This document shows positions 38,293 through 48,617 of a DNA stretch of 64,000 bases, piece after piece. Location of the stretch: positions 1 through 64,000 of IMG/VR virus record IMGVR_UViG_3300027869_000006; one strand, written 5' to 3'. This DNA is from a virus. Under the pieces are notes generated by a model. The model worked only from the letters and a program-made list of their open reading frames with translations, was not told the origin of the DNA and searched no databases. Both the position numbers and the translations under genes were made by a program. Each line of letters starts with the position of its first letter. Positions within the stretch are counted from its first letter, which is position 1.

Positions 38293-39045
38293 ATGTTTAC
38301 AATTGCACGCTACGGTTGGCGTCCCGATGTGCCCGACCAAAGAGATCATCTCTACCGCGCCAAGCCACTGGTAGCACTCCCACCAAGCATCGATATGCGG
38401 GGGATGTGCCCGCCTGTCTACGATCAGGGGCAACTCGGCAGTTGCACGGCGAATGCCATCGCGGGGGCCATTGAGTTCAATCAGATCAAACAGAGCCTCC
38501 CGGAGTTTACCCCGTCACGCCTCTTCATCTACTTCAATGAGCGAGTGATTGAACATACGATCCACAGTGACGCGGGGGCCTCACTGCGGGATGGCATCAA
38601 GACGATTGCGAGTACGGGCGTGTGCGATGAGAAGGAGTGGCCCTATGTGATCCGTAAGTTTGCCAAACGCCCGATCCCTGTGTGCTACACGCTCGCCAAA
38701 ACCGACCTCGTGACCGGCTACACGAGGCTCGACAATACGCAACTTGACCAACTCAAATCGTGCCTGGCTTCGGGCTTTTGCTTCGTATTTGGGTTCACGG
38801 TCTATGAGAGCTTTGAAAGTCAGGTAGTCGCGAGTTCCGGCATCGTGCCTCTCCCCGCGTCCCAGGAGACAGTACTTGGCGGGCATGCTTGTGTGGCGGT
38901 CGGCTATGACGATGCGACCGGTCGGTTTACCGTGCGCAACTCATGGGGCGCGAGTTGGGGCACGGCAGGCTACTTTACCATCCCGTATCAGTATCTGAGC
39001 AGTAGCACACTCGCTGCTGACTTTTGGCAAATAAGCAGCAGCTAG
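38293..39045 (+). CDS. papain-like C1 cysteine peptidase
   Basis: DQGQLGSCTANA, GGHA, VRNSWG..WG..GYF. Confidence 0.92.
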   Translation: MFTIARYGWRPDVPDQRDHLYRAKPLVALPPSIDMRGMCPPVYDQGQLGSCTANAIAGAIEFNQIKQSLPEFTPSRLFIYFNERVIEHTIHSDAGASLRDGIKTIASTGVCDEKEWPYVIRKFAKRPIPVCYTLAKTDLVTGYTRLDNTQLDQLKSCLASGFCFVFGFTVYESFESQVVASSGIVPLPASQETVLGGHACVAVGYDDATGRFTVRNSWGASWGTAGYFTIPYQYLSSSTLAADFWQISSS

Positions 39046-39062
39046 GAAGAGGAGGGGAACGC

Positions 39063-42000
39063 ATGACTTCAGTCATACACGGCTGGCCAACAATTGACGA
39101 TAATCCACTGGGGATCACCCACGGCGCATTTACGACGAAGCTGATTAATCCGCAACTGTTCACCGACGCGGTGGCACTCGGCGCGTCGCGTGTGCGGTTG
39201 CAGTTATCCATGATCCTGATCGAGCCGTCCAGTCTTAATTTCAATTGGGCCTATACCGATGATGCCTTCCAGAAGGCCAACGCCGCCGGGTTGCGGATTA
39301 CCTTTCCCTTGCGTGAGTTGAATGTCAAAGGCCCGACCAGCCCATCGTGGGCGGATTATTCCTCTCCGTGCAATCCTGGGGTCTCGTACTGGTTTGGCAA
39401 GGAGAGTAATTGGGCCGACTTTGCTGCAAAGTTTTGCCGCCGCTATAGTGGTGACGGCAACCCAGAAAACGCGATAGCGAATGATGGAAGTAAGCGACCC
39501 ATCTGGGTGGACAACATCGAAGTTGGGAATGAAGATTTCGATACCCACGGCGATCTGGTGAATTGCCGTAACCCCATGCGCTACGTGCTGATGGCGAGAA
39601 CCGTTGTGCCACGCATGCGCCTGGCTGTCTCGGCGGGCGGCGGCGGTTGGACACGAAGAATTGGGACATGGGGATGCTTCTGGCAGGATCAGACGCACAT
39701 CAAAAACGTGTATAACACCCTCGTCAATCCACCCACTGATGCCACCTACAATCCCGGCGGGGATCATACCGATGTACTCACCCTCTTTGATTATGTCAAC
39801 TTCCACAATTATCAGGTACCGGCCTACGGGGGAGGCTCCGCCCCCTATCGCATCGATACGGAACTGGACGACATCCGCGCGATCCTGAACGCCAATGGGC
39901 ATGCCCTCATGCCGATCTGGTGTACCGAGTTTGGGCAAACCGGCCCAGCCGGTGGGGCATCGCCGCAATCGCAGTCAGACTACTACAACACGAGCGGCGG
40001 CCTGGGCGCGCTCCGGACCCTCAAAAATCATGGTGCGCAGCACGCCGATCTCTACACATGCTCCTATGACGCGCCAAATGGTGGCTATCTCGGTGATACC
40101 AAAAGTATTGCCTGTCTCACCAGTGGCGGGACGCCCGTCCGTTTCCAGGCGTTCAGTACGGTGCAGACCTTCCTCAAAGTCGATAACGGCGCATGGGCCG
40201 CACGCGCCATTCCGCTCGGCTTTGGGAGTAGCGGCGGCGGCGGAACGGGCAGGTTTACCCTCACGCCCTCGACACTCTCCTTTGCCGCGACGGTCGGGGC
40301 GGGCAATCCCGCATCGCAACCCATCACCATCGATACTACTGGCACGCTCGACGGTACCTGGGGATTGGCAATCACCGGCGGCGCATGGCTCACGGCCTCC
40401 TCCTCGTCTGGTGCACTGAACGCGGGCGCAAGTACGAGCGTGAACCTCACCGCCGCAACAGGGAGCCTCACCGCCGCAACCTATACCGAGACGGTGACCG
40501 TGACCTTTACGCCAACGGGGCAGTCGCCGCTCACCGCGACCTGTACCGTCACCTTTGTGGTGTCGTCCTCCAGTGGCACGGTCTACTTTGCGAACCCGGG
40601 TGATAACCTCGTGACGAAGATCAACGCGCTAGTGCCTGGCGATACGCTCAACTTGAACGATGGAAGCTATACCGAAACACATTTGATGCTGATCTCTGGC
40701 GTGCATGGGACATCTGCACACCATATCACCATCCAAGCAACCAATGATGGGAAAGCCGTGGTTGACGGAAAGAACACCGGGTCGAATTATCCCTTGTATA
40801 TGGCAGATAGTACCTATGTCGATGTGCAGAGCATTATCTTTCAAAATTCTGGACCTGGCTCCGTCTATGAGTTTTTCGGCGCGACAGGCGGCGGCGTGAG
40901 CAATGTCAACATCCGGCGCTGCTCCGGCTATCACGCGGCTGGTGGCAACGACCACATCTATAACTTACTTGGCCCTGGCCTCAGTAATATCCTGATAGAA
41001 GATGGGGTCGCAAGTGGCCCTGGTCGCTATATGTTTTCGACGTATCACAACTCGACCATCATCTTCAGGCGCTGCTTTGCCTACTGGAATAAAATTACCG
41101 ATACCGCGCAAGAACCACGCTCGTGTTTTAATACCTATGGCAGCGATCATGTGACCTGGGAAAACTGTTATGGCATCAATGCCATCCCCTATCAAGCTGA
41201 AGCCCAACAAAATTATTACTCCGCGACCTTTCAAACATCGGATTCGACGAGCTTGCCAGATACAGCAACACAAGTGCTTGGCTGCATTTTCGTCAACAAC
41301 TACGAAGGCTATTACTTGAACGATCTAGGCGTTGGCAGTACGACCTTCAAGGATTGTTACTTTGAAACGCCGCCACCGGCCAATACGAGCTTCACGAACA
41401 AAGTCTTCGGAGACGGTTTCTATGACAATGGCAACGCGGGTAGCCATACGATCACCAATTGCACGTTTCGCAACTGCGTCACCGGGCTCAATCTCGCCTC
41501 CGGCAGTCAAGCCATCCCAGTGCTGAACAGTGTGTTCGTCGGCAACAAGACGGCCATCACCAATGACAACAGTCATACCTTCTGCGATTTCTTCGATAAC
41601 ACGGCCAACGGTGTCGCGCTCGCTGCCTCTGACCTCTCCGTTGATCCTGGGTACAACATCACGCTCTATGGACGCGGCGGCGCACTCTTTATTCCGAGCA
41701 GTTCGGCACTGGAAGGCGCGGGATCGGGCGGCGCGGATATCGGCGCGAATATTCTCTACCAGTACGTGAATGGGACACTCACGACCACGCCACTCTGGCC
41801 GTGGCCAATGGAAGGCCGGATCATGGCGGAACTCGGGATCAGTCCGACGTTTGCCGCAAATGGGGGCCTCTTCCTCACACTGTCAGGGCTCTATACGGGG
41901 GGTAGCGGTGGAGGTGGAGGAGGGAGCGGAGGTACCCTGACTGGCGCATTCACCGCCCTTGGAGCCGGAACCAGTGTCAATCTGACGGCGCTTGGTACGG

Positions 42001-42218
42001 CTGATTGGATGCATACCGGACTCACGAGTGCGTCCAGTGTGGATCACAAGAGTACCGGCGGATCGCAGATTACCGCGCCATCCATCGTCGGGAGCGGCAC
42101 GCCGGTGCAGAATACCATGGCCATCGTCTCGGCATCCTGGTCCGATGGCACACCTGATAGTAGCGCGGCCAGTACGACCACCGGGAGCAAAATGCTGCCA
42201 GGGCCTATTACGGGCTAG
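39063..42218 (+). CDS. clan GH-A-like glycoside hydrolase, BACON-like Ig and right-handed beta-helix
   Basis: IEVGNE, NFHNY, PIWCTEFG; LTPSTLSF..W; parallel beta-helix repeats. Confidence 0.7.
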   Translation: MTSVIHGWPTIDDNPLGITHGAFTTKLINPQLFTDAVALGASRVRLQLSMILIEPSSLNFNWAYTDDAFQKANAAGLRITFPLRELNVKGPTSPSWADYSSPCNPGVSYWFGKESNWADFAAKFCRRYSGDGNPENAIANDGSKRPIWVDNIEVGNEDFDTHGDLVNCRNPMRYVLMARTVVPRMRLAVSAGGGGWTRRIGTWGCFWQDQTHIKNVYNTLVNPPTDATYNPGGDHTDVLTLFDYVNFHNYQVPAYGGGSAPYRIDTELDDIRAILNANGHALMPIWCTEFGQTGPAGGASPQSQSDYYNTSGGLGALRTLKNHGAQHADLYTCSYDAPNGGYLGDTKSIACLTSGGTPVRFQAFSTVQTFLKVDNGAWAARAIPLGFGSSGGGGTGRFTLTPSTLSFAATVGAGNPASQPITIDTTGTLDGTWGLAITGGAWLTASSSSGALNAGASTSVNLTAATGSLTAATYTETVTVTFTPTGQSPLTATCTVTFVVSSSSGTVYFANPGDNLVTKINALVPGDTLNLNDGSYTETHLMLISGVHGTSAHHITIQATNDGKAVVDGKNTGSNYPLYMADSTYVDVQSIIFQNSGPGSVYEFFGATGGGVSNVNIRRCSGYHAAGGNDHIYNLLGPGLSNILIEDGVASGPGRYMFSTYHNSTIIFRRCFAYWNKITDTAQEPRSCFNTYGSDHVTWENCYGINAIPYQAEAQQNYYSATFQTSDSTSLPDTATQVLGCIFVNNYEGYYLNDLGVGSTTFKDCYFETPPPANTSFTNKVFGDGFYDNGNAGSHTITNCTFRNCVTGLNLASGSQAIPVLNSVFVGNKTAITNDNSHTFCDFFDNTANGVALAASDLSVDPGYNITLYGRGGALFIPSSSALEGAGSGGADIGANILYQYVNGTLTTTPLWPWPMEGRIMAELGISPTFAANGGLFLTLSGLYTGGSGGGGGGSGGTLTGAFTALGAGTSVNLTALGTADWMHTGLTSASSVDHKSTGGSQITAPSIVGSGTPVQNTMAIVSASWSDGTPDSSAASTTTGSKMLPGPITG

Positions 42219-42230
42219 AGGGAGAGAACG

Positions 42231-45200
42231 ATGCCGCCACATGTCATGATCTGCGCACTGGAAAACCACTCCTATACCCAGGTGATCGGGAACAGCAACT
42301 TTCCCCACATCACAGCGCTCGCTGCTGCCTATGGCAATTGCACCAATTACTTCGCGGTGACCCATCAATCACTGCCAAACTACATGGCGATCTGGTCGGG
42401 CGATGATCAGTGCGTGGAAGATTCCTTTGTCCCCGGTGCCGGACTCGCGGGCGCGACACTTGCCGATAGCCTGGACGCGGCGGGGATTGGGTGGAAACAC
42501 TATGCGGAGAACTTACCGAGTGCCGGGTATATTGGCCCAGATAGCGGCGGATTTGTGCAGCATCACTGCCCCTCGGCCTATTTCAAGAGCTTTATTGGCA
42601 ATACGACCGCCTATAAGCAGGCGCACCTCGTGAACTACACCAATCTTACCACCGATCTCACTGCCGGGACGGTGCCACCATTTGTCTTTATCCAGCCAAA
42701 TAACGCGCACAACGGGCATACCGATCCGACCAACTCAAGCGACGGGTGGGTGCAAGGATTTGTGACGCTGGTGCAAGGCTCGTCCTGGTATGCAGCGGGT
42801 GGCATGATTATCCTCTGGTATGACGAGAGTCACCCGGATACTGACAATGCAGGCATCGGTGACAAGGGATGCGCAAGTGCCTATCCGGGTGGCGGGAAAA
42901 CCGTGTGTATCGTCATTTCTGCTGCCAACGCCAGCATCGCCCCCATGACCTCCAATATCAATTCGTACGGCATCCTGCGCGGTATCGAAAAGCTCTATGG
43001 CCTGCCCTTCCTCTTGAAGAGTGCTCACACGATTGACGGCGATCTCTCACCACTACTTGGTGTGGGTGTGTCTCCACCTCCACCACCTCCACCCCCACCA
43101 CCGCCAGCAGGCTTTACCGTGACCCCGACCGCGCTCAACTACACCGCGACCGTGGGTGGTGGCAATCCGGCCAACCAAAATCTGACACTGCACAATACGA
43201 GCAGTTCAGTGAGTGGCACGTGGGCACTTGTCTTCTCTGGCGGATCGTGGCTTTCTGCTGCAAGTACATCCGGCACGCTGAATGCGGGCATCTCGTTTGT
43301 GGATGCCGTGAGCGTGAGCATTACTGGTCTCACTGCCAACACCTACACCGAAACGGCGACCTTTACGTTTACACCGTCGTCTGGCGCACCCATTGTGGTC
43401 CCGGTGACCGTGACGCTGTTCCTCTCCACCACACCACCGCCGCCACCGCCGCCACCCCCACCGGCGACCGTTTCAAATCTTGGCAACGGCTTCACCTTGA
43501 CCGCGCCCGCCGATACAACGCCTCGCACGCTCGAGGTGTACTGCGATGTCGATAGAGGCACGGCCACCTTTGCGGCCTCGCTTTCAGATGGAAGTGTGCC
43601 CGACTTTTATGATAGCTCGCTCTCCAATATGTCCGGTGTGTCCGCTGGCCAGTATGCGCTTTCCTACCAGGCGGGGAGTCCAGGGAAACTCCTCTCGGTG
43701 ACCTACGTGCTGGAAAAAGGATTGACCACTGGTGTGGGAGTGTCCTCTGATACCTATAACCGAGCCAATCAAAGCGGACTCGGCACGGCGTCTGACGGCG
43801 AAACCTACAGCCTGGTGAGTGAAAACGGCACGCCCGCCTGGAGCATTGTGGGCAATGCGGGACAGATGGCAGGGAGCGCCGCCAGTAGCGGGATTGCACT
43901 GCTTGGCACGCACACCCTACAGGACGGCGAGGTGCTTGGTATCGTGAATCTTTCCAATCTCGCCAATTCTGGCGGCCTGGTGATGCGTGCGACGGCAGGT
44001 GCCGCTTCCTACTACGCTGCCGTACTGACAGGCTCGACGATACAACTCATCTATATGACCGGCGGCGATGCCATCGTGCTCACCAGCCAGCCAGCCACGC
44101 TCAAGGTGACCACGTCGTATCTGCTGCGGTTTCGCATTGCGAAAAACTGCCTGTGGGCCCGCTACTGGCCAAATGACGGGTCGTCCGAGCCAAAGAAGTG
44201 GTCGGCATTCAAGGTGGACAGCCATCTCACACAAGCCGGACTCTCCGGGCTACGTGGGAGTATCGCAACCAGTTCTGATACCGTGCTCTTCGATACCTAT
44301 AGTACCCTTGACCTCTCGACTCCTGGCGATCCGTCGTCAGTCTCGCTCTACTCGGCGGCGCTTGCGGGTGCACCCATGAACTCGCCCGGGACGCTTCCGG
44401 GGCAAGTCTTTGTGAACGGGGTGTCGAACTACATCTTTGGCACCAATATGAGCACCGACTTTGCCGCCACTACCGTGCGCAATACGCCTGCCATTCAGAG
44501 TCAGATCAAGGCGGCAGGCTTCACGATCATGCGCTGCGCCATCCCCAACGGCTCAAGTAACGCCTATATCGACCTCACCGCAGCCGCGTGCAACGCCTGC
44601 GGGACGGTCATGCTGGTCATTCTCTCCGATACGGATAATGTGTGGAACCAGAGTCTCGTCACCTATCTTGGTAGTCGCTGCTTGTTGTATGAGTTTGGCA
44701 ATGAGCCCGATCTTGCCATTGCCGGAGCCACCTACCTTGCGAACTGGAACAGTTTCATTCCGGTGTTACGAGCACTCAACACCGGTGCGGCCTTCATCGG
44801 ACCTGCCCTTGGTGTCTTTGCCAACGTCAACACCTATCTTGTCCCCTGGCTCCAGGGGTGCGTCACCAGTGGGGTGATGCCATCGGCTATTTCCTACCAC
44901 GTCTATCCCTGCACCAGTTCCACGTGCGATCAGACCTGCTGTACCCCGCTCTCCGGCAATTTTGCGCGTGATGCCGCGACGCTACGAGCGGCGATTGCGA
45001 CGGTCACGCCACTCTCTCTCCCGATTTGCTTGACCGAGTGGAACATCGATGCCAGTAACCCGCAGAAAGCCTATACGCAGCAGAACCCCTTCAATACGAC
45101 CTGGACGGAAGCGGCGATGGAGAGTATGGTCGCCGGGCACCTGGATATGGCCTGCCAGTGGGACGCGGCGGGCAACGCGGGCGGCGGCACCGATGACTTG

Positions 45201-48200
45201 ATCTCGACGCAATCGCCCTACCCACAACAGGTGCAGTACGCGCCGATGGTGGTCGAAATCGCGAAATACCTGGGCAATAGTTCGCCCCCGCCCGCGAACG
45301 GTTCGCTTGCGGTCACCTCCACCACGCCCACCGGGTCGATCAATCTCACCCTTGAGACCGGTGATTGGGCCCACTGGGGCTATCCTGGCGCGTTTGCGTA
45401 TGAGCATAAAGCGGGAGTCACCCCCACCATCAGCAATTTTACGGAAATCGGCAGCAGTGCCATGAGTCAGGATACCGCCACGCCGATCACCTATGTGTGG
45501 ACGGATGGGACCCCGGACGGCAGTGTGACGACGACAACTGGGTGTACGGTCGTGGGCGTGGCGAACGGCTTCTACCTGACGGCGCCTGCAGATACCACCT
45601 CGCGCACCCTGGTGCTCTACGTGGAGGCAAAACTCGCACAAGGGCAACTCACCGCGACACTTTCCGATGGCAGTGCCGCTGCCTTCATCGACAGTTCGCT
45701 CAACGATACCGGTGGGGGTGGCTCTATGCTGCGGTACGTGATCGTCTACAATGCGGCAAGTCTCTCGCAAACGCTCACCGTGCAGTGGACGATGCTGATG
45801 GATTACGGCGTGGCAAGTGGACTCACGACCTATTCAAGCGATACGATGACCCGCGCCAATCAAACCAATTGGGGCACCTCGTCCGGCGGGGAAACCTGGA
45901 CGAAGACCGATGTAGTGGGGACGACAGCAGCCTCCATTGTGAGCAACATGGGGCAAGTCACCGCCTCCTCCGGCAGCCCGTCAGAGGTCGCGCTGTTGGG
46001 GACACAAGTACAAGCGAATGCCGAGAGTTATGTCGAGTGGGAAGTCTCCAGCATCCTTGATCAGCCAAGCCTCGTGCTGCGTGCGACGGCGACGAACACC
46101 TTCTATCGCGCCTGTGTGACCGGCGGCAATACGCTGGAACTTGATCGCAATGTGGCGGGCGCGGTGAATATGCTCAAGAACACGGGTGTTGCCATCAGTC
46201 CGAATACGCTCTACGCCATGCGTTTTCGCATCAATGGCTCTAATTATTATGTCAAGCATTGGCTGAAAAGTGGGAGCGAACCGGCGGGTTGGTCAATCAC
46301 CGGCACCGATAGCGGCGCGACTGCCATTACCGGCGCCGGGCAATGGGGCATCAGAACACGCGTCAACGCCCCATCCGATACGATCAAGTACCAGAATTTC
46401 AGTGTGACCAACTTTGGGACGGGTGGTGGTGGAAGTGCCGGAAGTATTGGATTGCATGCAGCGACAGCGCCAAGCGTCGTGGTGAGTCCTCCACCGCCTG
46501 GGCCACCTCCTCCACCTCCACCTCCACCGCTTCCCCCGCCGCCTGGACCACCTCCCGCGCCCGTGGTCGCGATTGTGGTGAATGCGACTGATGCCAGTTC
46601 GCAGCCGTTTAAGGGCTTTGGCGTGCAGCAGGATGCGTATAACGGGTCCTGGCTGCATGTGGCAAACGGGCAGATCGTCAACGATGCGGGAAAGCCTGTC
46701 TTCTTGCGCGGACTCAATACGGCAGGGTTGGAATATGGGAATGGGACGGCAGGTTTCACCCAGGCCCGCATCAACGCCTTTGCGAGCAATTTTTCGATGA
46801 ACCTCTGGCGCGTGTGTATCAACGTCTCCTGGTGGAACAACAACGTGCTGATGCCTGATGGGATCACGCACTATAAGGATTGGATACAGACGGTCATTGG
46901 GTGGATGAAGGCGGCGGGGAACTACGTTGAGATTGACCCGACCAATTACTGTACCATTCCACCGCAACAGAGCGGGCAGCAGTGTAGTGATCTTGGCAAT
47001 CCGCCTTATTCGACCTCCGATATGTTCAACCGCGCAAATGCTACAAGCACCTGGGGGACGGCTTCCAGCGGGAAGGTATGGGTACAGAAGGCTGGGCTCA
47101 GTAGCTATCTCTCTCTCAGTAGTGGAGAGGGGGTCATTTCGACTGGTGTGTTTGACTTTGTTGACATGATCCTGGGAACAGAGACGATTGCTGATACTGA
47201 AGCACTCGTGCGCCTGGCAATCAACGACCCGACGAATAACCCGTTCGCCGGTATTCTGCTCCGCTATACCGACGAGAATACCTACTACTGGGCACAGATC
47301 AATGGCGGTCATACGTGGCTAGGGAAGCTGGTAGCGGGAGCGAATACCACTCTGGCAAATTCGGCTCTTACACACACGAGCGGCCAATTCTACTGGATGC
47401 GTTTCAACGTCACGGGTACGACACTCAAGGTCAAGACCTGGCCCGACGATGGGAGCCCAGAGCCAGGAAGTTGGGAGATCACCGTGACGGACAGCGCACT
47501 CACATCGGGATATATGGGCCTTACTGCATCCTCGAGCGTTTCGCCCAATGGGGCGCAGTTTGATACCTTCACAGCAGGCACACCGGTCACTGCCTGTATT
47601 ACGAGCCAGGATACACAGAATAATCCACCCTGGACGGATGCGCAAAAACTGACGGCAACTACTGCCTTCTTTAGCGACTTCATTGCGAACTATTACCCGA
47701 GTGATCCCGCCATTCTGTTTGACTCGCTCAACGAGCCGACCGGCTTTGCAGACCAATACAGTGCCAACGGGACGGTGATTGCTGCGATCAGGGCACTTCA
47801 GCCACATTCGCTCATCTTCATCTATTCGGCCTCCCTTGCCGGTATCTACGCCGGGGCAGAGCCAGATTACCCTGAGCCCGACCTGGTATGGGATTATCAC
47901 CTCTATGACGATTACCCGTCAAATACCTGGCAGAACAAGATCATCAATAATGAAGCGAGTGGCTGGCCGTTTGCCCAGGCACACAATAGAGGCGTGAGTA
48001 TCGGGGAATGGAATGCCAACATCACCAATGACCCGGGTGGGTTTGCGGCAGCCATTGCCAGCCTTGCCACCACCTCTGGCTTTGCGACGACGTACTACCA
48101 GGCGGGCAACGTCCTCTCTGGCGATAATGTGACCGTGACCGCCGAGGGCCTGCTTGTGCAAACACCGGCCTTTGGAGCTATTGCGACTGCCGAGGCGGAG

Positions 48201-48590
48201 GTGGCACCAGCATCCGGGACCGGCGTGTCGTCTGGTCCCGCGTCGCCGATTTCACCCACGCAGCGTGCCCTCATCAATAGCAGGCTGGCCTTTATGAACC
48301 CACCGATCATCAGGACAGCAGCCACCTCCGTCGCCTGGTGGTGCCCCACCGGCGTGGTCGGTACCTATGATTTCACGAATGCGCTGATGCAGGAATGGTA
48401 TGCCGTCTTTGAGAATGCCCAGGCCCAAGGTATCGATGTGATCGTGAGCGTGAACTCGCCCGCGCCCTTCACGCTCTTATCAAGTGGCTGGTGTACGGCC
48501 TTTGCCGATTTGATCGATCACCTGGTCAACACGCGTGGCTACACCTGTATCACGTATGTGAGCGGGCTCTCTGAGCCGGATACGTTCTGA
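42231..48590 (+). CDS. 2119-aa multidomain protein: phosphoesterase, BACON-like, beta-sandwiches, GH39-like and GH5-like domains
   Basis: HVMICALENHSY..HQSLPNY; YEFGNEP..ISYHVY..LTEWN; LRGLN..FDSLNEP..DYHLY..IGEW; poly-Pro linkers. Confidence 0.7.
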   Translation: MPPHVMICALENHSYTQVIGNSNFPHITALAAAYGNCTNYFAVTHQSLPNYMAIWSGDDQCVEDSFVPGAGLAGATLADSLDAAGIGWKHYAENLPSAGYIGPDSGGFVQHHCPSAYFKSFIGNTTAYKQAHLVNYTNLTTDLTAGTVPPFVFIQPNNAHNGHTDPTNSSDGWVQGFVTLVQGSSWYAAGGMIILWYDESHPDTDNAGIGDKGCASAYPGGGKTVCIVISAANASIAPMTSNINSYGILRGIEKLYGLPFLLKSAHTIDGDLSPLLGVGVSPPPPPPPPPPPAGFTVTPTALNYTATVGGGNPANQNLTLHNTSSSVSGTWALVFSGGSWLSAASTSGTLNAGISFVDAVSVSITGLTANTYTETATFTFTPSSGAPIVVPVTVTLFLSTTPPPPPPPPPPATVSNLGNGFTLTAPADTTPRTLEVYCDVDRGTATFAASLSDGSVPDFYDSSLSNMSGVSAGQYALSYQAGSPGKLLSVTYVLEKGLTTGVGVSSDTYNRANQSGLGTASDGETYSLVSENGTPAWSIVGNAGQMAGSAASSGIALLGTHTLQDGEVLGIVNLSNLANSGGLVMRATAGAASYYAAVLTGSTIQLIYMTGGDAIVLTSQPATLKVTTSYLLRFRIAKNCLWARYWPNDGSSEPKKWSAFKVDSHLTQAGLSGLRGSIATSSDTVLFDTYSTLDLSTPGDPSSVSLYSAALAGAPMNSPGTLPGQVFVNGVSNYIFGTNMSTDFAATTVRNTPAIQSQIKAAGFTIMRCAIPNGSSNAYIDLTAAACNACGTVMLVILSDTDNVWNQSLVTYLGSRCLLYEFGNEPDLAIAGATYLANWNSFIPVLRALNTGAAFIGPALGVFANVNTYLVPWLQGCVTSGVMPSAISYHVYPCTSSTCDQTCCTPLSGNFARDAATLRAAIATVTPLSLPICLTEWNIDASNPQKAYTQQNPFNTTWTEAAMESMVAGHLDMACQWDAAGNAGGGTDDLISTQSPYPQQVQYAPMVVEIAKYLGNSSPPPANGSLAVTSTTPTGSINLTLETGDWAHWGYPGAFAYEHKAGVTPTISNFTEIGSSAMSQDTATPITYVWTDGTPDGSVTTTTGCTVVGVANGFYLTAPADTTSRTLVLYVEAKLAQGQLTATLSDGSAAAFIDSSLNDTGGGGSMLRYVIVYNAASLSQTLTVQWTMLMDYGVASGLTTYSSDTMTRANQTNWGTSSGGETWTKTDVVGTTAASIVSNMGQVTASSGSPSEVALLGTQVQANAESYVEWEVSSILDQPSLVLRATATNTFYRACVTGGNTLELDRNVAGAVNMLKNTGVAISPNTLYAMRFRINGSNYYVKHWLKSGSEPAGWSITGTDSGATAITGAGQWGIRTRVNAPSDTIKYQNFSVTNFGTGGGGSAGSIGLHAATAPSVVVSPPPPGPPPPPPPPPLPPPPGPPPAPVVAIVVNATDASSQPFKGFGVQQDAYNGSWLHVANGQIVNDAGKPVFLRGLNTAGLEYGNGTAGFTQARINAFASNFSMNLWRVCINVSWWNNNVLMPDGITHYKDWIQTVIGWMKAAGNYVEIDPTNYCTIPPQQSGQQCSDLGNPPYSTSDMFNRANATSTWGTASSGKVWVQKAGLSSYLSLSSGEGVISTGVFDFVDMILGTETIADTEALVRLAINDPTNNPFAGILLRYTDENTYYWAQINGGHTWLGKLVAGANTTLANSALTHTSGQFYWMRFNVTGTTLKVKTWPDDGSPEPGSWEITVTDSALTSGYMGLTASSSVSPNGAQFDTFTAGTPVTACITSQDTQNNPPWTDAQKLTATTAFFSDFIANYYPSDPAILFDSLNEPTGFADQYSANGTVIAAIRALQPHSLIFIYSASLAGIYAGAEPDYPEPDLVWDYHLYDDYPSNTWQNKIINNEASGWPFAQAHNRGVSIGEWNANITNDPGGFAAAIASLATTSGFATTYYQAGNVLSGDNVTVTAEGLLVQTPAFGAIATAEAEVAPASGTGVSSGPASPISPTQRALINSRLAFMNPPIIRTAATSVAWWCPTGVVGTYDFTNALMQEWYAVFENAQAQGIDVIVSVNSPAPFTLLSSGWCTAFADLIDHLVNTRGYTCITYVSGLSEPDTF

Positions 48591-48617
48591 GAGAGAGGAA
48601 GAAAGGAGGAAGCAAAC

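Noticed and set aside
43070-46562. CCA/CCG-rich tracts resembling the pentamer arrays
   Set aside because: 3-nt period encoding poly-Pro linkers, not 5-nt NN-RCC units.
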